DNA of 32,000 nucleotides from Pirellula staleyi DSM 6068 (GTDB lineage Bacteria; Planctomycetota; Planctomycetia; Pirellulales; Pirellulaceae): NCBI GenBank assembly GCA_000025185.1, contig CP001848.1, positions 3,990,001 to 4,022,000 of the forward strand, read 5' to 3'. Shown piece by piece: positions 17,492 to 26,119 of this stretch (position 1 is its first letter; each line of letters starts with the position of its first letter). The notes under the pieces were generated by a model. It saw only the letters and a program-made list of their open reading frames with translations, ran no database searches and was not told where the DNA came from. The position numbers and the translations under genes were made by a program.

Positions 17492-19332
17492 CGGCGATCT
17501 TGGGAATCAGTGCCCACTTTCACGATGCTGCAGCTGCCTTGCTCGTCGATGGAAAAATTGTCGCTGCAGCCGAAGAGGAACGCTTCACGCGCCGCAAGCA
17601 TGATCCATCGTTTCCTCGGCATTCGATCGAATTCTGCTTGAAAAAAGCCGGTTTATCGCGCGATGACGTCGCTGTGGTAGCGTACTATGAGAAGCCCATC
17701 TTAAAATTCGATCGCTTACTCGAAACTGCTTTGGCCCATGCGCCGCGCGGCTTCTTTCGGTTTCATGACGCGATGAGTGAGTGGCTCAGCAGCAAGCTCT
17801 GGATGCGCCGCACGCTTCGACAGCAGTTTCCTGGCCGCTCGACCAAGCTGATGTTTTGTCAGCATCACGAAAGTCATGCAGCCAGCGCGTTCTATCCCAG
17901 CCCCTTTGAGGAAAGTGCGATCCTTACGGTCGATGGCGTAGGAGAATGGAGCACTACAGCGATCGGCATTGGGCGTGGGAATCGGTTGCAGCTTATCGAG
18001 CATTTGGAGTACCCCCATTCGCTCGGGCTCTTCTATTCAGCGATGACTGTTTACTGCGGATTCGAAGTGAACGAGGGTGAGTACAAACTGATGGGGCTGG
18101 CAGCTTATGGAGTGCCTCGTTTTCGCGAGCAGCTGATCGAGCATGTGGTGCAGCGGCGCGGGGATGGAAGCTTTCGACTGAATCCTAAGTTCTTTTCATT
18201 TAGCTATAGCGACCGGATGTTTACCCGCGCGCTGGAGCAGTTGCTCGAGGGTCCCCCACGCTCTGCCGAGAGTACGATGCAGGAGCGCTACTGCGATGTC
18301 GCCGCCAGTGCGCAAGCTGTACTCGAAATGGTGCTGTTGGATTTGGCGCATCGCGCTCGTGAGCGAACAGGGCTTCGCAAATTGACTCTGGCGGGAGGAG
18401 TTGCGCTCAACGGTGTCGCAACTGCCAAACTGCTCGAATCAGGACTCTTTGACGACATTTGGATTCAGCCTGCTGCGGGCGATTCGGGTGGTGCGCTCGG
18501 CGCAGCGCTGCTGGCATGGCACGAACTACAAGGATGCCCCCGCGATTTCAGTAACAGTACCCCACAAGGCAACAACTGCTGGGGACCTGCGTTGGCCGAC
18601 GCTGAGATAGAAACGCTGCTGCAGCAAGAGCGGCGCGCAGCTTCACGCCTGCAACCCTCGGAGCTGATTGCCTTCGTGGCACAGGAGCTCGCGCGAGGCA
18701 AAGTGGTGGGGTGGTGCGATGGCCGGATGGAATTTGGTCCGCGCGCCCTGGGGCATCGCAGTATCTTGGCCGATCCGCGTCGCGCTTCGATGCAGCAGCG
18801 ACTCAATGAAAAGATTAAGTTTCGCGAGGATTTTCGCCCGTTTGCGCCTGCAGTACTCGCGGAATATGCGGAGCGTTGGTTCGAGCTGCCTCGCGGTGCA
18901 AAGAGCCCTTACATGATGCTCGTGGGACTTGTCCGAAGTCTCCAAGAGCGCAGCGAACGATTCGGGCCAAGCGATACCGAAGCCTGTTGGCGCGATGGAC
19001 TGAAGCGGGCAGATCGCTGCTGGGATCTTCCGGCGATTACGCACGTCGACCGGAGCGCACGGATTCAAACGGTTGAGTCCGACGCTCATCCCCGTTTTCA
19101 TGCCTTGCTCACGGAGTTCGAGCGTCTCACCGGCTCGCCTGTGCTTCTGAATACGAGTTTTAATCTGCGCGGCGAACCGATCGTCTGCTCGGCTCATGAT
19201 GCTCTTCGAACCTTCGATGCGTCGGGAATCGATTGGCTGGTGCTTGGTGATTTCGTGGTAGGAAAAACTTCAGCAGCGATCACCACGAGCGAGGTCGCGC
19301 CGCTTCCAGGAGTCGGTCATGCGCTGGCGTGA
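17488..19332 (+). CDS. carbamoyltransferase, NodU/CmcH family
   Basis: N-terminus MTAILGISAHFHDAAAALLVDGKIVAAAEEERFTRRKHD, the QHHESHAASAF metal-binding block, and C-terminal DGRMEFGPRALGHRSIL and LNTSFNLRGEPIV are all family hallmarks. The TTG start at 17488 overlaps the upstream stop (TTGA). Confidence 0.92.
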   Translation: MTAILGISAHFHDAAAALLVDGKIVAAAEEERFTRRKHDPSFPRHSIEFCLKKAGLSRDDVAVVAYYEKPILKFDRLLETALAHAPRGFFRFHDAMSEWLSSKLWMRRTLRQQFPGRSTKLMFCQHHESHAASAFYPSPFEESAILTVDGVGEWSTTAIGIGRGNRLQLIEHLEYPHSLGLFYSAMTVYCGFEVNEGEYKLMGLAAYGVPRFREQLIEHVVQRRGDGSFRLNPKFFSFSYSDRMFTRALEQLLEGPPRSAESTMQERYCDVAASAQAVLEMVLLDLAHRARERTGLRKLTLAGGVALNGVATAKLLESGLFDDIWIQPAAGDSGGALGAALLAWHELQGCPRDFSNSTPQGNNCWGPALADAEIETLLQQERRAASRLQPSELIAFVAQELARGKVVGWCDGRMEFGPRALGHRSILADPRRASMQQRLNEKIKFREDFRPFAPAVLAEYAERWFELPRGAKSPYMMLVGLVRSLQERSERFGPSDTEACWRDGLKRADRCWDLPAITHVDRSARIQTVESDAHPRFHALLTEFERLTGSPVLLNTSFNLRGEPIVCSAHDALRTFDASGIDWLVLGDFVVGKTSAAITTSEVAPLPGVGHALA

Positions 19333-19747
19333 TGCTTGGGATATTCCGACAAGCTCGAAGCTGCGAACCTTTGGGTGGCTGCTTGTCACAGCCCTGTTAA
19401 TTGCCATGGCTGCTCGCGTGATGCGCGCGAGTGTGCTCTCGTCGTCAGCGATCCCGATGCTGATCGTGCTTGGTGCAGCAATTCCGATCGTTTCCCTCAT
19501 CGCGATCTACCGACCTGGTTGGCTCGCTCCTATTTATCGGATCTGGATGATTGCGGTCTTTCCCATCGGGTTTATCATCCATTGGGGGCTTTGGCTCGCA
19601 GTGTTCTGGTGCCTCGTCGTACCACTTGGAGTGGTTCAACGTTTGCTCGGTCGCGATCGTCTCCGGCAGGCCGACAAGGATAGCGCGACCCTCTGGAAGC
19701 CCGATGCACAGCCTCGCGCGGCGCGTCACTTCTGGCGACAGTATTAA
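19319..19747 (+). CDS. SxtJ-like small membrane protein
   Basis: 142 aa with 3-4 hydrophobic helices (LRTFGWLLVTALLIAMAA; AIPMLIVLGAAIPIVSLIAI; IWMIAVFPIGFIIHWGLWLAVFWCLVVPLGVV). The ATG overlaps the carbamoyltransferase 3' end by 14 nt. Position and topology match SxtJ-family proteins, which follow carbamoyltransferase genes. The family call is from memory and not searched. Confidence 0.7.
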   Translation: MRWRDAWDIPTSSKLRTFGWLLVTALLIAMAARVMRASVLSSSAIPMLIVLGAAIPIVSLIAIYRPGWLAPIYRIWMIAVFPIGFIIHWGLWLAVFWCLVVPLGVVQRLLGRDRLRQADKDSATLWKPDAQPRAARHFWRQY

Positions 19748-19809
19748 GATCGGCCCCTGCAGGTACGACCGTTGCGCGACGGCAGAAGCCAGGCAGGGTG
19801 GGGGACGCG

Positions 19810-20049
19810 ATGAACGATTCCATGGAATCAAAACCAGCCGATCCGCAAACTCCTTCGTCCTATCGCACTGACGAGGCGCCGGAAATGCGCGAGCAAGAGA
19901 ACCCAGGGATTATCCGCGAATTCCTAGAGTTTTTGCGAGAAGAGAAGAAGTGGTGGATCGCGCCGCTGCTGATTGCGCTCGCTCTGCTGGCGATTGTGGC
20001 AGCGCTGGCAGGAACTGCAGCAGCGCCCTTCATCTACACGCTCTACTAG
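19810..20049 (+). CDS. DUF5989 (SxtK-like) small membrane protein
   Basis: The C-terminal EFLEFLREEKKWWIAPLLIALALLAIVAALAGTAAAPFIYTLY matches the DUF5989 pattern (..KK.W..P......LL........APFIYTLF). The first ATG is at 19810; the ORF track GTG at 19798 is possible. Confidence 0.75.
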   Translation: MNDSMESKPADPQTPSSYRTDEAPEMREQENPGIIREFLEFLREEKKWWIAPLLIALALLAIVAALAGTAAAPFIYTLY

Positions 20050-20110
20050 AAGCGTGCAAAAGAATTTCTAGCGAAGCTCAAACAGCGTCGCGATGATAGT
20101 GCGGCACGCG

Positions 20111-21523
20111 CTAGCTAATGATGCCGTGTACCACTTCGCCGTGCACATCGGTTAAGCGAAAATCTCGTCCTGCATAGCGATAGGTCAGCTTCGTGTGGTC
20201 GAGGCCGAGCAGATGCAGCATCGTGGCATGCAGGTCGTGGAGGTGAACCTTGTCCTTCACGGCATAGTAGCCATACTCGTCGGTCTCTCCGTAACGCATG
20301 CCACCCTTCACGCCGCCACCCGCCATAAACATGGTGTATCCCTGCGGGTTATGATCGCGGCCATCGCCACCTTGCGCGGTGGGAGTCCGTCCGAACTCAC
20401 CACCCCACACCACGAGCGTATCTTCGAGCAGTCCACAGCGTTTCAGGTCGGTCAGTAGAGCAGCGATTGGCTGATCGACTTCATCGGCATTGTTTTGGTG
20501 GTCGTTCTTCAGCCCCCCATGCTGATCCCACTTATAACTGTGCGTGACCTGAATGAAACGCACCCCACGCTCGGCAAATCGACGCGCCATCAAACACTGA
20601 CGACCAAAGTTGTTGGTCTTAGGTTGATCGACGCCGTACAGTGCGAGGGTCTCAGGTGTTTCTTTGGAAATGTCCTGCACGTCGGGGACTTCTGCCTGCA
20701 TCCGGAATGCAAGTTCAAACGAGTTAATACGGGCTTCGAGCGAACTATCGGGACCGCTACGCTCGAGCGCCGAGCTGTTGAAGTGACGCAGCAGATCAAG
20801 CTCTTGACGCTGAATCTCGAGCGATGTGTCGGCGTTCTTGATGAACGGGATCTGCGCGCGTTCAGCGGGAACGCTCGAATAGCCGATCGGCGTGCCTTGG
20901 TACACCGCTGGCAAAAACGCACTGTTCCAAGCATTCACTCCGCCATGACCGAGCGTGGGACAAATCGTCACAAACCCGGGCAAATCTTGATTCTCAGTAC
21001 CCAGGCCATAGGTGATCCACGAACCCATGCTGGGGCGGATGAACGTATCGCTGCCGGTATGGAGTTCCAAAAGAGCCGATCCGTGGCGCGAGTTCGAGCA
21101 CCACATGCTGTTGATGAGGCAGATGTCGTCGATGCACGCCCCGACCTTCGGAAACAGATCGCTGACATGAATGCCACTCTCGCCATACTGACGAAATTGC
21201 CAAGGCGACTTCAGCAGCGCGCCGGTTTGCGATGAGACGACGCGTGGCTTGGCAAACGGGAGTTCCTTACCGTTATCTTTTTCGAGTTGCGGTTTGTAGT
21301 CGAACGTGTCGACCTGCGAAGGACCCCCATGCATGAACAGGAAAATCACGCGTTTCGCGCGGGGTGCGTGATGCGGCTTTTTGACCGACAGAGGACCCTC
21401 GGCAGCAGCGGCACGTTCTTCGCCCGACAGCAGGCTGGCCAAAGCGAGCGATCCAAAACCGATACCACTTTGACGAAGCATATCGCGGCGCGAAATCGCG
21501 GGTGAGTGCCAGTGCGATGTCAT
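20111..21523 (-). CDS. DUF1501 domain protein (sulfatase-like fold) with twin-arginine signal, paralog of 1882-3339
   Basis: Start set at MTSHWHSPAISRRDMLRQSGIGFGSLALASLLSG (ATG 21523, AAGGA upstream), which carries a TAT-like SRRDML motif. WGGEFGRTP and the C-terminus TYRYAGRDFRLTDVHGEVVHGIIS parallel the first DUF1501 gene. The ORF track extends to 21679. Confidence 0.9.
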   Translation of the reverse strand: MTSHWHSPAISRRDMLRQSGIGFGSLALASLLSGEERAAAAEGPLSVKKPHHAPRAKRVIFLFMHGGPSQVDTFDYKPQLEKDNGKELPFAKPRVVSSQTGALLKSPWQFRQYGESGIHVSDLFPKVGACIDDICLINSMWCSNSRHGSALLELHTGSDTFIRPSMGSWITYGLGTENQDLPGFVTICPTLGHGGVNAWNSAFLPAVYQGTPIGYSSVPAERAQIPFIKNADTSLEIQRQELDLLRHFNSSALERSGPDSSLEARINSFELAFRMQAEVPDVQDISKETPETLALYGVDQPKTNNFGRQCLMARRFAERGVRFIQVTHSYKWDQHGGLKNDHQNNADEVDQPIAALLTDLKRCGLLEDTLVVWGGEFGRTPTAQGGDGRDHNPQGYTMFMAGGGVKGGMRYGETDEYGYYAVKDKVHLHDLHATMLHLLGLDHTKLTYRYAGRDFRLTDVHGEVVHGIIS

Positions 21524-21621
21524 CGTGAATCCTTCAGTACGCGTAGATCGTGAGCTGTTTTTGTGAGGGGCAAAAGCCAGTAAGTAGCGACATGCAGTGC
21601 GAAGTTTATTGCTACCAATAC

Positions 21622-24600
21622 CTATTCGACGTAGATAAATTCGCTCGACGAAAGAATCACGCGGACAGCAGATCGCCACGCCTGTTTCTGTGCTTCGTCG
21701 TCGGCCAGTTTCGGATCGGCTGCTTTTAGATCGGCAGCCAGTTTGCTGGCAAAGCTGCTGATCGTCGATTTTTCGCTATCGGTGGCCGAGCGAGCCAAAG
21801 CACGCTGAAACAAAGCATCCACACGCTCTGCATCGGTCGGCTGCTCGGCGAGAAGTTTCTCGGCCAGTGTGCGCGAACTGGTGGCAACAATTTCGCTATT
21901 CATCATGAACAGCGCTTGCGGCGTCACTGTGGTGGTGGCCCGATTTCCTTCCAAGGCGCTCGGGTCTGCAAAGTCAAATGCTTGCAGCACTTCGTACACC
22001 GCGCTCCGTAGCACCGGTAGGTAGACACTCCGCCGGGTGTTGTCGTAGCCATTCACGCGCGAGCCGGTTCCCGTCACATAGTCGCGGTTGCGGAATTGCA
22101 TCAGCGTGCCACCGGTTGTCGCGTCGAGCCGGCTGCTGACAAACATCAGTGAATCTCGCACTTCTTCGGCTTCGAGTCGTCGACGCGACCAGCGCCAATA
22201 GAGCTTGTTTTCGGGATCGGCTTTGTACGACGCATCGCTATAAGCCGAGCTCATTTGATAGGTGCTCGAGAGCATGATTTCGCGATGCAGCGATTTGAGC
22301 GACCAGCCATGTTCGACGAGCCGCGTGGCAAGCCAATCGAGCAATTCAGGGTGCGTCGGACGATCGCCGAGTGTGCCGAAGTTATCGACCGATTTCACAA
22401 TGCCGGTCCCAAAATGCCATCGCCAGACACGGTTCGCCATCACGCGGCTGGTGAGGGGATGTTCGGCCGACGCCATCCATTGGGCGAGTTGCAAACGGCC
22501 ACTCGCATTGGGTTCGATTTTGGGTTCGCTAGAGGTCGAAACCACGCGCAGAAACTGACGTGGAACTTCCGCTCCCAAAGTCGTGTGGCTTCCACGCAGG
22601 TGAATCCGAACGTTCTGAGGTTTCCCCTCGCGAACCCCCATCGCTCGCGCGATTGGTGGTTTGTTATCCTCGAGCTCCTTCTGAGCTTTTTGTGCCTGCT
22701 CGATGGCACCTTTTTCAGCGTCCGTGAACTGCTGCTTGTGGTTGCGCGGCAGCCGGATCGGGCCACGTTTATCGGCCAGCAACTGATAAGCACCGCGCAG
22801 TGACTCGTCGATGTCCGCAGCAGCTTTCTTCGGTTTGCCGCGTGGGTGAAACGGTCCTGCTTGCTCAATCACTTGATCAATCCGCGCCTGAAAATCAGCT
22901 GCGAGCTTTGCAGCCAACTCTTCCTGCGCCCCTTCGGATTGCCACTTGATCCAGTCACTCCAGTGATCCGAATGGCTGCGGATTTGCTCAGAAAGATAAG
23001 TTGTCCAGCGATCGAGCGTCTCTTTGGGGAGATTGTTTTGCTTGGCATACTCGGCGAGCGAAATCGTCGCGGCCTTGGCCGTCGAGTGGCTGGTCGCTGG
23101 CCGATCGGTCGGCACCAAGGCCACCTTTTCGAAGTGGGGAATCGCCCCTTCATACTCGATGCGGAGCGTCACCTTGCCGGTCGGGAGTGTCGCCACCCCT
23201 TCGTTAAACCAGCGTGCCGAGCCGACATCGAAACTGCCGGTCGTTTCCTGGGCAGCATCGAGGTTGATGACGCTTCCCCCCAAGTAAAGGCGAATCTTGC
23301 GCACTTCCCCCGAGCAGTAGCGGAGTTCGATTTCATAGTTGCCAGCGGTGGCGATCTCGAAATCGTATTCGGCCTCGTTCAGGAAGTCGCCATCGCCACC
23401 ATTTTGAATGAACGTCCCATTTTTCAGGATCGTCCCCCGATCGTATTCTTCAGCTTCCTTGACGAGGGCCGTTTTCAGCACCTCTTCTGGTTTGCCTTCC
23501 AGGAGGGAATCGGCCGGCTTAAAGGTGCTGACAGGGGCGGGGACTTCCGTTTTCGAGAACGAGACAAATCGCGAAGCGGCGAGCAGATACTTGCCCGCTT
23601 TTTTCTGTTCTTCGAGCAGCACTCGTTCTTCAGCAACGCGGGTCGCCTCGTCGAGTTGCTTCTTCAGTTCGTTCTGTTTGGTTTCGTAGGCAATGCGCAA
23701 ATCACGCTGCTTTTCCGTTTCAAACGTGTGCTCGTGCCAGCTTGCCACGACACCAAAATTCTCCATGGTGTGCGTGCTCTTGAAGATCCCCGCGAGCGAA
23801 TAGTAGTCGGCGGTGGGAATCGGATCGAATTTGTGATCGTGGCAGCGTGCGCAAGCGACGGTCATCCCGAGAAATGCTTTGCTAAGCGTGTCGAGCTGTT
23901 CGTCGATGATGTCCATTTCTTTCTTCACAGGATCATCGTCGGCTAGCATCTTAGGGCCGACCGAGAGGAATCCGGTGGCAGTTACGCGACGGTACTTCTC
24001 TTCGAGCGATGTTTCGGGGCTCGCTTCCATCAGATCGCCAGCGAGTTGTTCGACAACAAACTGATCGTAAGGAAGGTCGCGATTGAAAGCGTCGATGACG
24101 TAGTCGCGATAACGCCACGCATGCTCGAAAGCGAGATTCTCGTCCATGCCGTTGGAGTCGGCATAACGGGCAACATCGAGCCAGTGACGCCCCCAACGCT
24201 CGCCATAAGCAGGGGAGGCAAGTAGGCGGTCGATCACCCGCTCGATAGCGCCGGGCTTGTCGTCGGCAAGGAAGCTGGCCAGTTCGTCGGTCGAAGGGGG
24301 GAGCCCTGTGAGGTCGAACGACATCCGCCGCAGCAGCACCGCGCGCGAGGCAGTTGGTGCTGGCTCAATGCCCTCCTCTTCCAGTTTCGCGAGGATGAAC
24401 TGATCGATCGGATTCTGCACCCACGCACCGTTTTTCACGGCGGGTGGTTCGTGCTTCACAACCGGTTTGAACGACCAGAAATCACGATCTTGCTCTGTCA
24501 CTTCACCAAGCTGTGTGTTGTTGGCGGCTGCTTTGGCAGCGATGGCTGCGGCATTTTCGCCGGGCCAGAATGCGGATTGTTTGATCCACAGCTGAAGGTT

Positions 24601-24957
24601 AGCAATCTCGGATTTCGAGAGCTTGTCCTTCGGGGGCATTTGCAGCAGTTCGCCATGCTGAACGGCTGAGATCAGCAGACTTTCGTCGGGTTTGCCGAGC
24701 ACGATAGCCGGTCCGCGTTCGCCACCCTTGAGCAACCCTTCGAGCGAATCGACGCGCAAACCGCTTTCAGCCGAATCTTCGCTGTGACAATCTTGGCACT
24801 TCGAAACCAGGATCGGGCGAATCTGTTTCTCGAAGAATTCCACCTGCTCGGCAGAAGGCTCTTCCTGGGGCATCGGCTCGTCCGCACGAAGCGACACATC
24901 CATCCCGAGAAGGAGGGAAAAGCTGATCCACCGAAGTGCGATCGATCGCCACATCAT
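21622..24957 (-). CDS. PSCyt1 / DUF1549 / DUF1553 exported protein with central CBM6/35-like insert
   Basis: Signal MMWRSIALRWISFSLLLGMDVSLRA. CQDCHS CxxCH motif. DUF1549 block [17 protein letters not shown]...[35 protein letters not shown] and the DUF1553 C-terminal region. About 240 aa longer than the paralog at 3360-5960. Confidence 0.9.
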   Translation of the reverse strand: MMWRSIALRWISFSLLLGMDVSLRADEPMPQEEPSAEQVEFFEKQIRPILVSKCQDCHSEDSAESGLRVDSLEGLLKGGERGPAIVLGKPDESLLISAVQHGELLQMPPKDKLSKSEIANLQLWIKQSAFWPGENAAAIAAKAAANNTQLGEVTEQDRDFWSFKPVVKHEPPAVKNGAWVQNPIDQFILAKLEEEGIEPAPTASRAVLLRRMSFDLTGLPPSTDELASFLADDKPGAIERVIDRLLASPAYGERWGRHWLDVARYADSNGMDENLAFEHAWRYRDYVIDAFNRDLPYDQFVVEQLAGDLMEASPETSLEEKYRRVTATGFLSVGPKMLADDDPVKKEMDIIDEQLDTLSKAFLGMTVACARCHDHKFDPIPTADYYSLAGIFKSTHTMENFGVVASWHEHTFETEKQRDLRIAYETKQNELKKQLDEATRVAEERVLLEEQKKAGKYLLAASRFVSFSKTEVPAPVSTFKPADSLLEGKPEEVLKTALVKEAEEYDRGTILKNGTFIQNGGDGDFLNEAEYDFEIATAGNYEIELRYCSGEVRKIRLYLGGSVINLDAAQETTGSFDVGSARWFNEGVATLPTGKVTLRIEYEGAIPHFEKVALVPTDRPATSHSTAKAATISLAEYAKQNNLPKETLDRWTTYLSEQIRSHSDHWSDWIKWQSEGAQEELAAKLAADFQARIDQVIEQAGPFHPRGKPKKAAADIDESLRGAYQLLADKRGPIRLPRNHKQQFTDAEKGAIEQAQKAQKELEDNKPPIARAMGVREGKPQNVRIHLRGSHTTLGAEVPRQFLRVVSTSSEPKIEPNASGRLQLAQWMASAEHPLTSRVMANRVWRWHFGTGIVKSVDNFGTLGDRPTHPELLDWLATRLVEHGWSLKSLHREIMLSSTYQMSSAYSDASYKADPENKLYWRWSRRRLEAEEVRDSLMFVSSRLDATTGGTLMQFRNRDYVTGTGSRVNGYDNTRRSVYLPVLRSAVYEVLQAFDFADPSALEGNRATTTVTPQALFMMNSEIVATSSRTLAEKLLAEQPTDAERVDALFQRALARSATDSEKSTISSFASKLAADLKAADPKLADDEAQKQAWRSAVRVILSSSEFIYVE

Positions 24958-25455
24958 GGGCAGGTCTCTCGTCGTGTGGGAGTGAAGGCAGGGGAAGTGC
25001 GAGGCGCCTCTGCTACAAGGCGTCGGTACTGCATTTGCCAGTACCTGTGGGTTTGCCGAGCGGGAAGGTGGGAACTCCGCAAACTGTCGAAGCAGTCGAT
25101 GAACGTAATGTGACCGTGACCGACCACCGTGGTGGTTGCACTCGATCCATATACGTCTATCGATCTATCGGCAGAGTAACCCATCAGAGCGAGTAGTTGC
25201 AAGCGAATTTGCGAGAATCTGACAACCGGCGTTTCTTCCTAAGGGAAGATAAGTCGCTTTCATGAGATTGAAATGGTCCGTTAGTGGCGTCGATTGCGGA
25301 GTAGGGGCTTGGGAGGCCTCTTGCCCGGTAGGCGTGCGAAGTGGCGCAATTAGTTGGCTTCACGGATTTGCAATAACCGCTGCCGCAGAAACTCGTTACA
25401 CTCGCCAGCATCCAGTGCACCCGGTTTTTCGGCCCCATGGAAGGCTCTTCAAGCG

Positions 25456-25845
25456 ATGGCGAGCGATCCTGCTTCCGATCCCCGCGACCCGCGCATCTAC
25501 CTCGCTGCGGAACGAACCTTTCTGGCGTGGATTCGCACCTCGCTGGCCCTGATGGGGTTTGGGTTTGTCATCGCTCGATTTGGTTGGTTTGTCCGCGTCA
25601 CGCTGCAAATTCCCGAGCAAGCGACCGGCTGGCAGCCTTCACTGGTCCTCGGAAGTGTACTGCTGCTGCTAGGCGTTGCGGTCTGCATCTACTCCGCCTG
25701 GCGATTCGATTCCCACCTTGCTGCCATCGACCGGGGTGACTTTCGGCAGAAATTTTCGTCCCGGTTTGCCTGGGCAATGTCGCTGGCCTTGCTCGTCATC
25801 GGCTTGCTGGCACTGCTCGGAATCTATCTCTTGCCGTCGAAATAA
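25456..25845 (+). CDS. DUF202 (YidH-like) membrane protein
   Basis: DPRIYLAAERTFLAWIRTSLALMGFGFVIARF is the DUF202 signature, followed by two further TM helices. The start is set at MASDPASDP (ATG 25456, GGAAGG upstream). The N-terminal extension in the ORF track is Arg/Ser/Cys-rich and unconvincing. Confidence 0.8.
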   Translation: MASDPASDPRDPRIYLAAERTFLAWIRTSLALMGFGFVIARFGWFVRVTLQIPEQATGWQPSLVLGSVLLLLGVAVCIYSAWRFDSHLAAIDRGDFRQKFSSRFAWAMSLALLVIGLLALLGIYLLPSK

Positions 25846-26119
25846 TGCTGTCCGCGCGGCGTGAAGCTTCGGCGACGCTCGCGATTGCGACAGACCCTTG
25901 CTGCCGCAAAAAAATGTACGACTCGCGTGCAGAAATGGGGCGACCTGCTAGTGGGGGAAGCTGCGCACCGGGGTACAATAAGCCACCACGGCGACTTCAA
26001 AACGCCGCGAGATGTGCAGCTCATCGCTGGCGGCAGGTAACCAGGGCGTATTTACGTTCAAGCCCGGTCAGTCACAACGCATCAAACGCCAGCATCAGGA
26101 CATTCGACGGAGCAATCGC

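Noticed and set aside
15947..20049. Interpretation as a saxitoxin (or other known toxin/antibiotic) biosynthetic cluster
   Set aside because: Only the carbamoyltransferase/SxtJ/SxtK-like trio is present. No polyketide-synthase-like sxtA, amidinotransferase, cyclase, oxygenase or transporter genes flank it, so toxin biosynthesis is not supported.
20045..20112. Possible terminator between the DUF5989 gene and the convergent DUF1501 gene
   Set aside because: Only a 6-bp CTAGAA/TTCTAG stem with a 15-nt loop and imperfect GC-rich pairings are present, with no U-tract. It is not convincing.
22846..23946. 366-aa plus-strand ORF
   Set aside because: It lies entirely antisense to the strongly supported PSCyt/DUF1553 gene (21622-24957). 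Its translation is low-complexity and Arg/Leu/Gly/Phe-rich with no motifs. Long antisense ORFs of this kind are typical of GC-rich DNA.
25001..25320. The related palindromes GAGGCGCCTC and GAGGCCTC as a paired regulatory or restriction-related signal
   Set aside because: Short GC-rich palindromes are expected by chance in this composition, and I cannot test for enrichment without the genome. They are kept only as part of the general description of the structured intergenic region.
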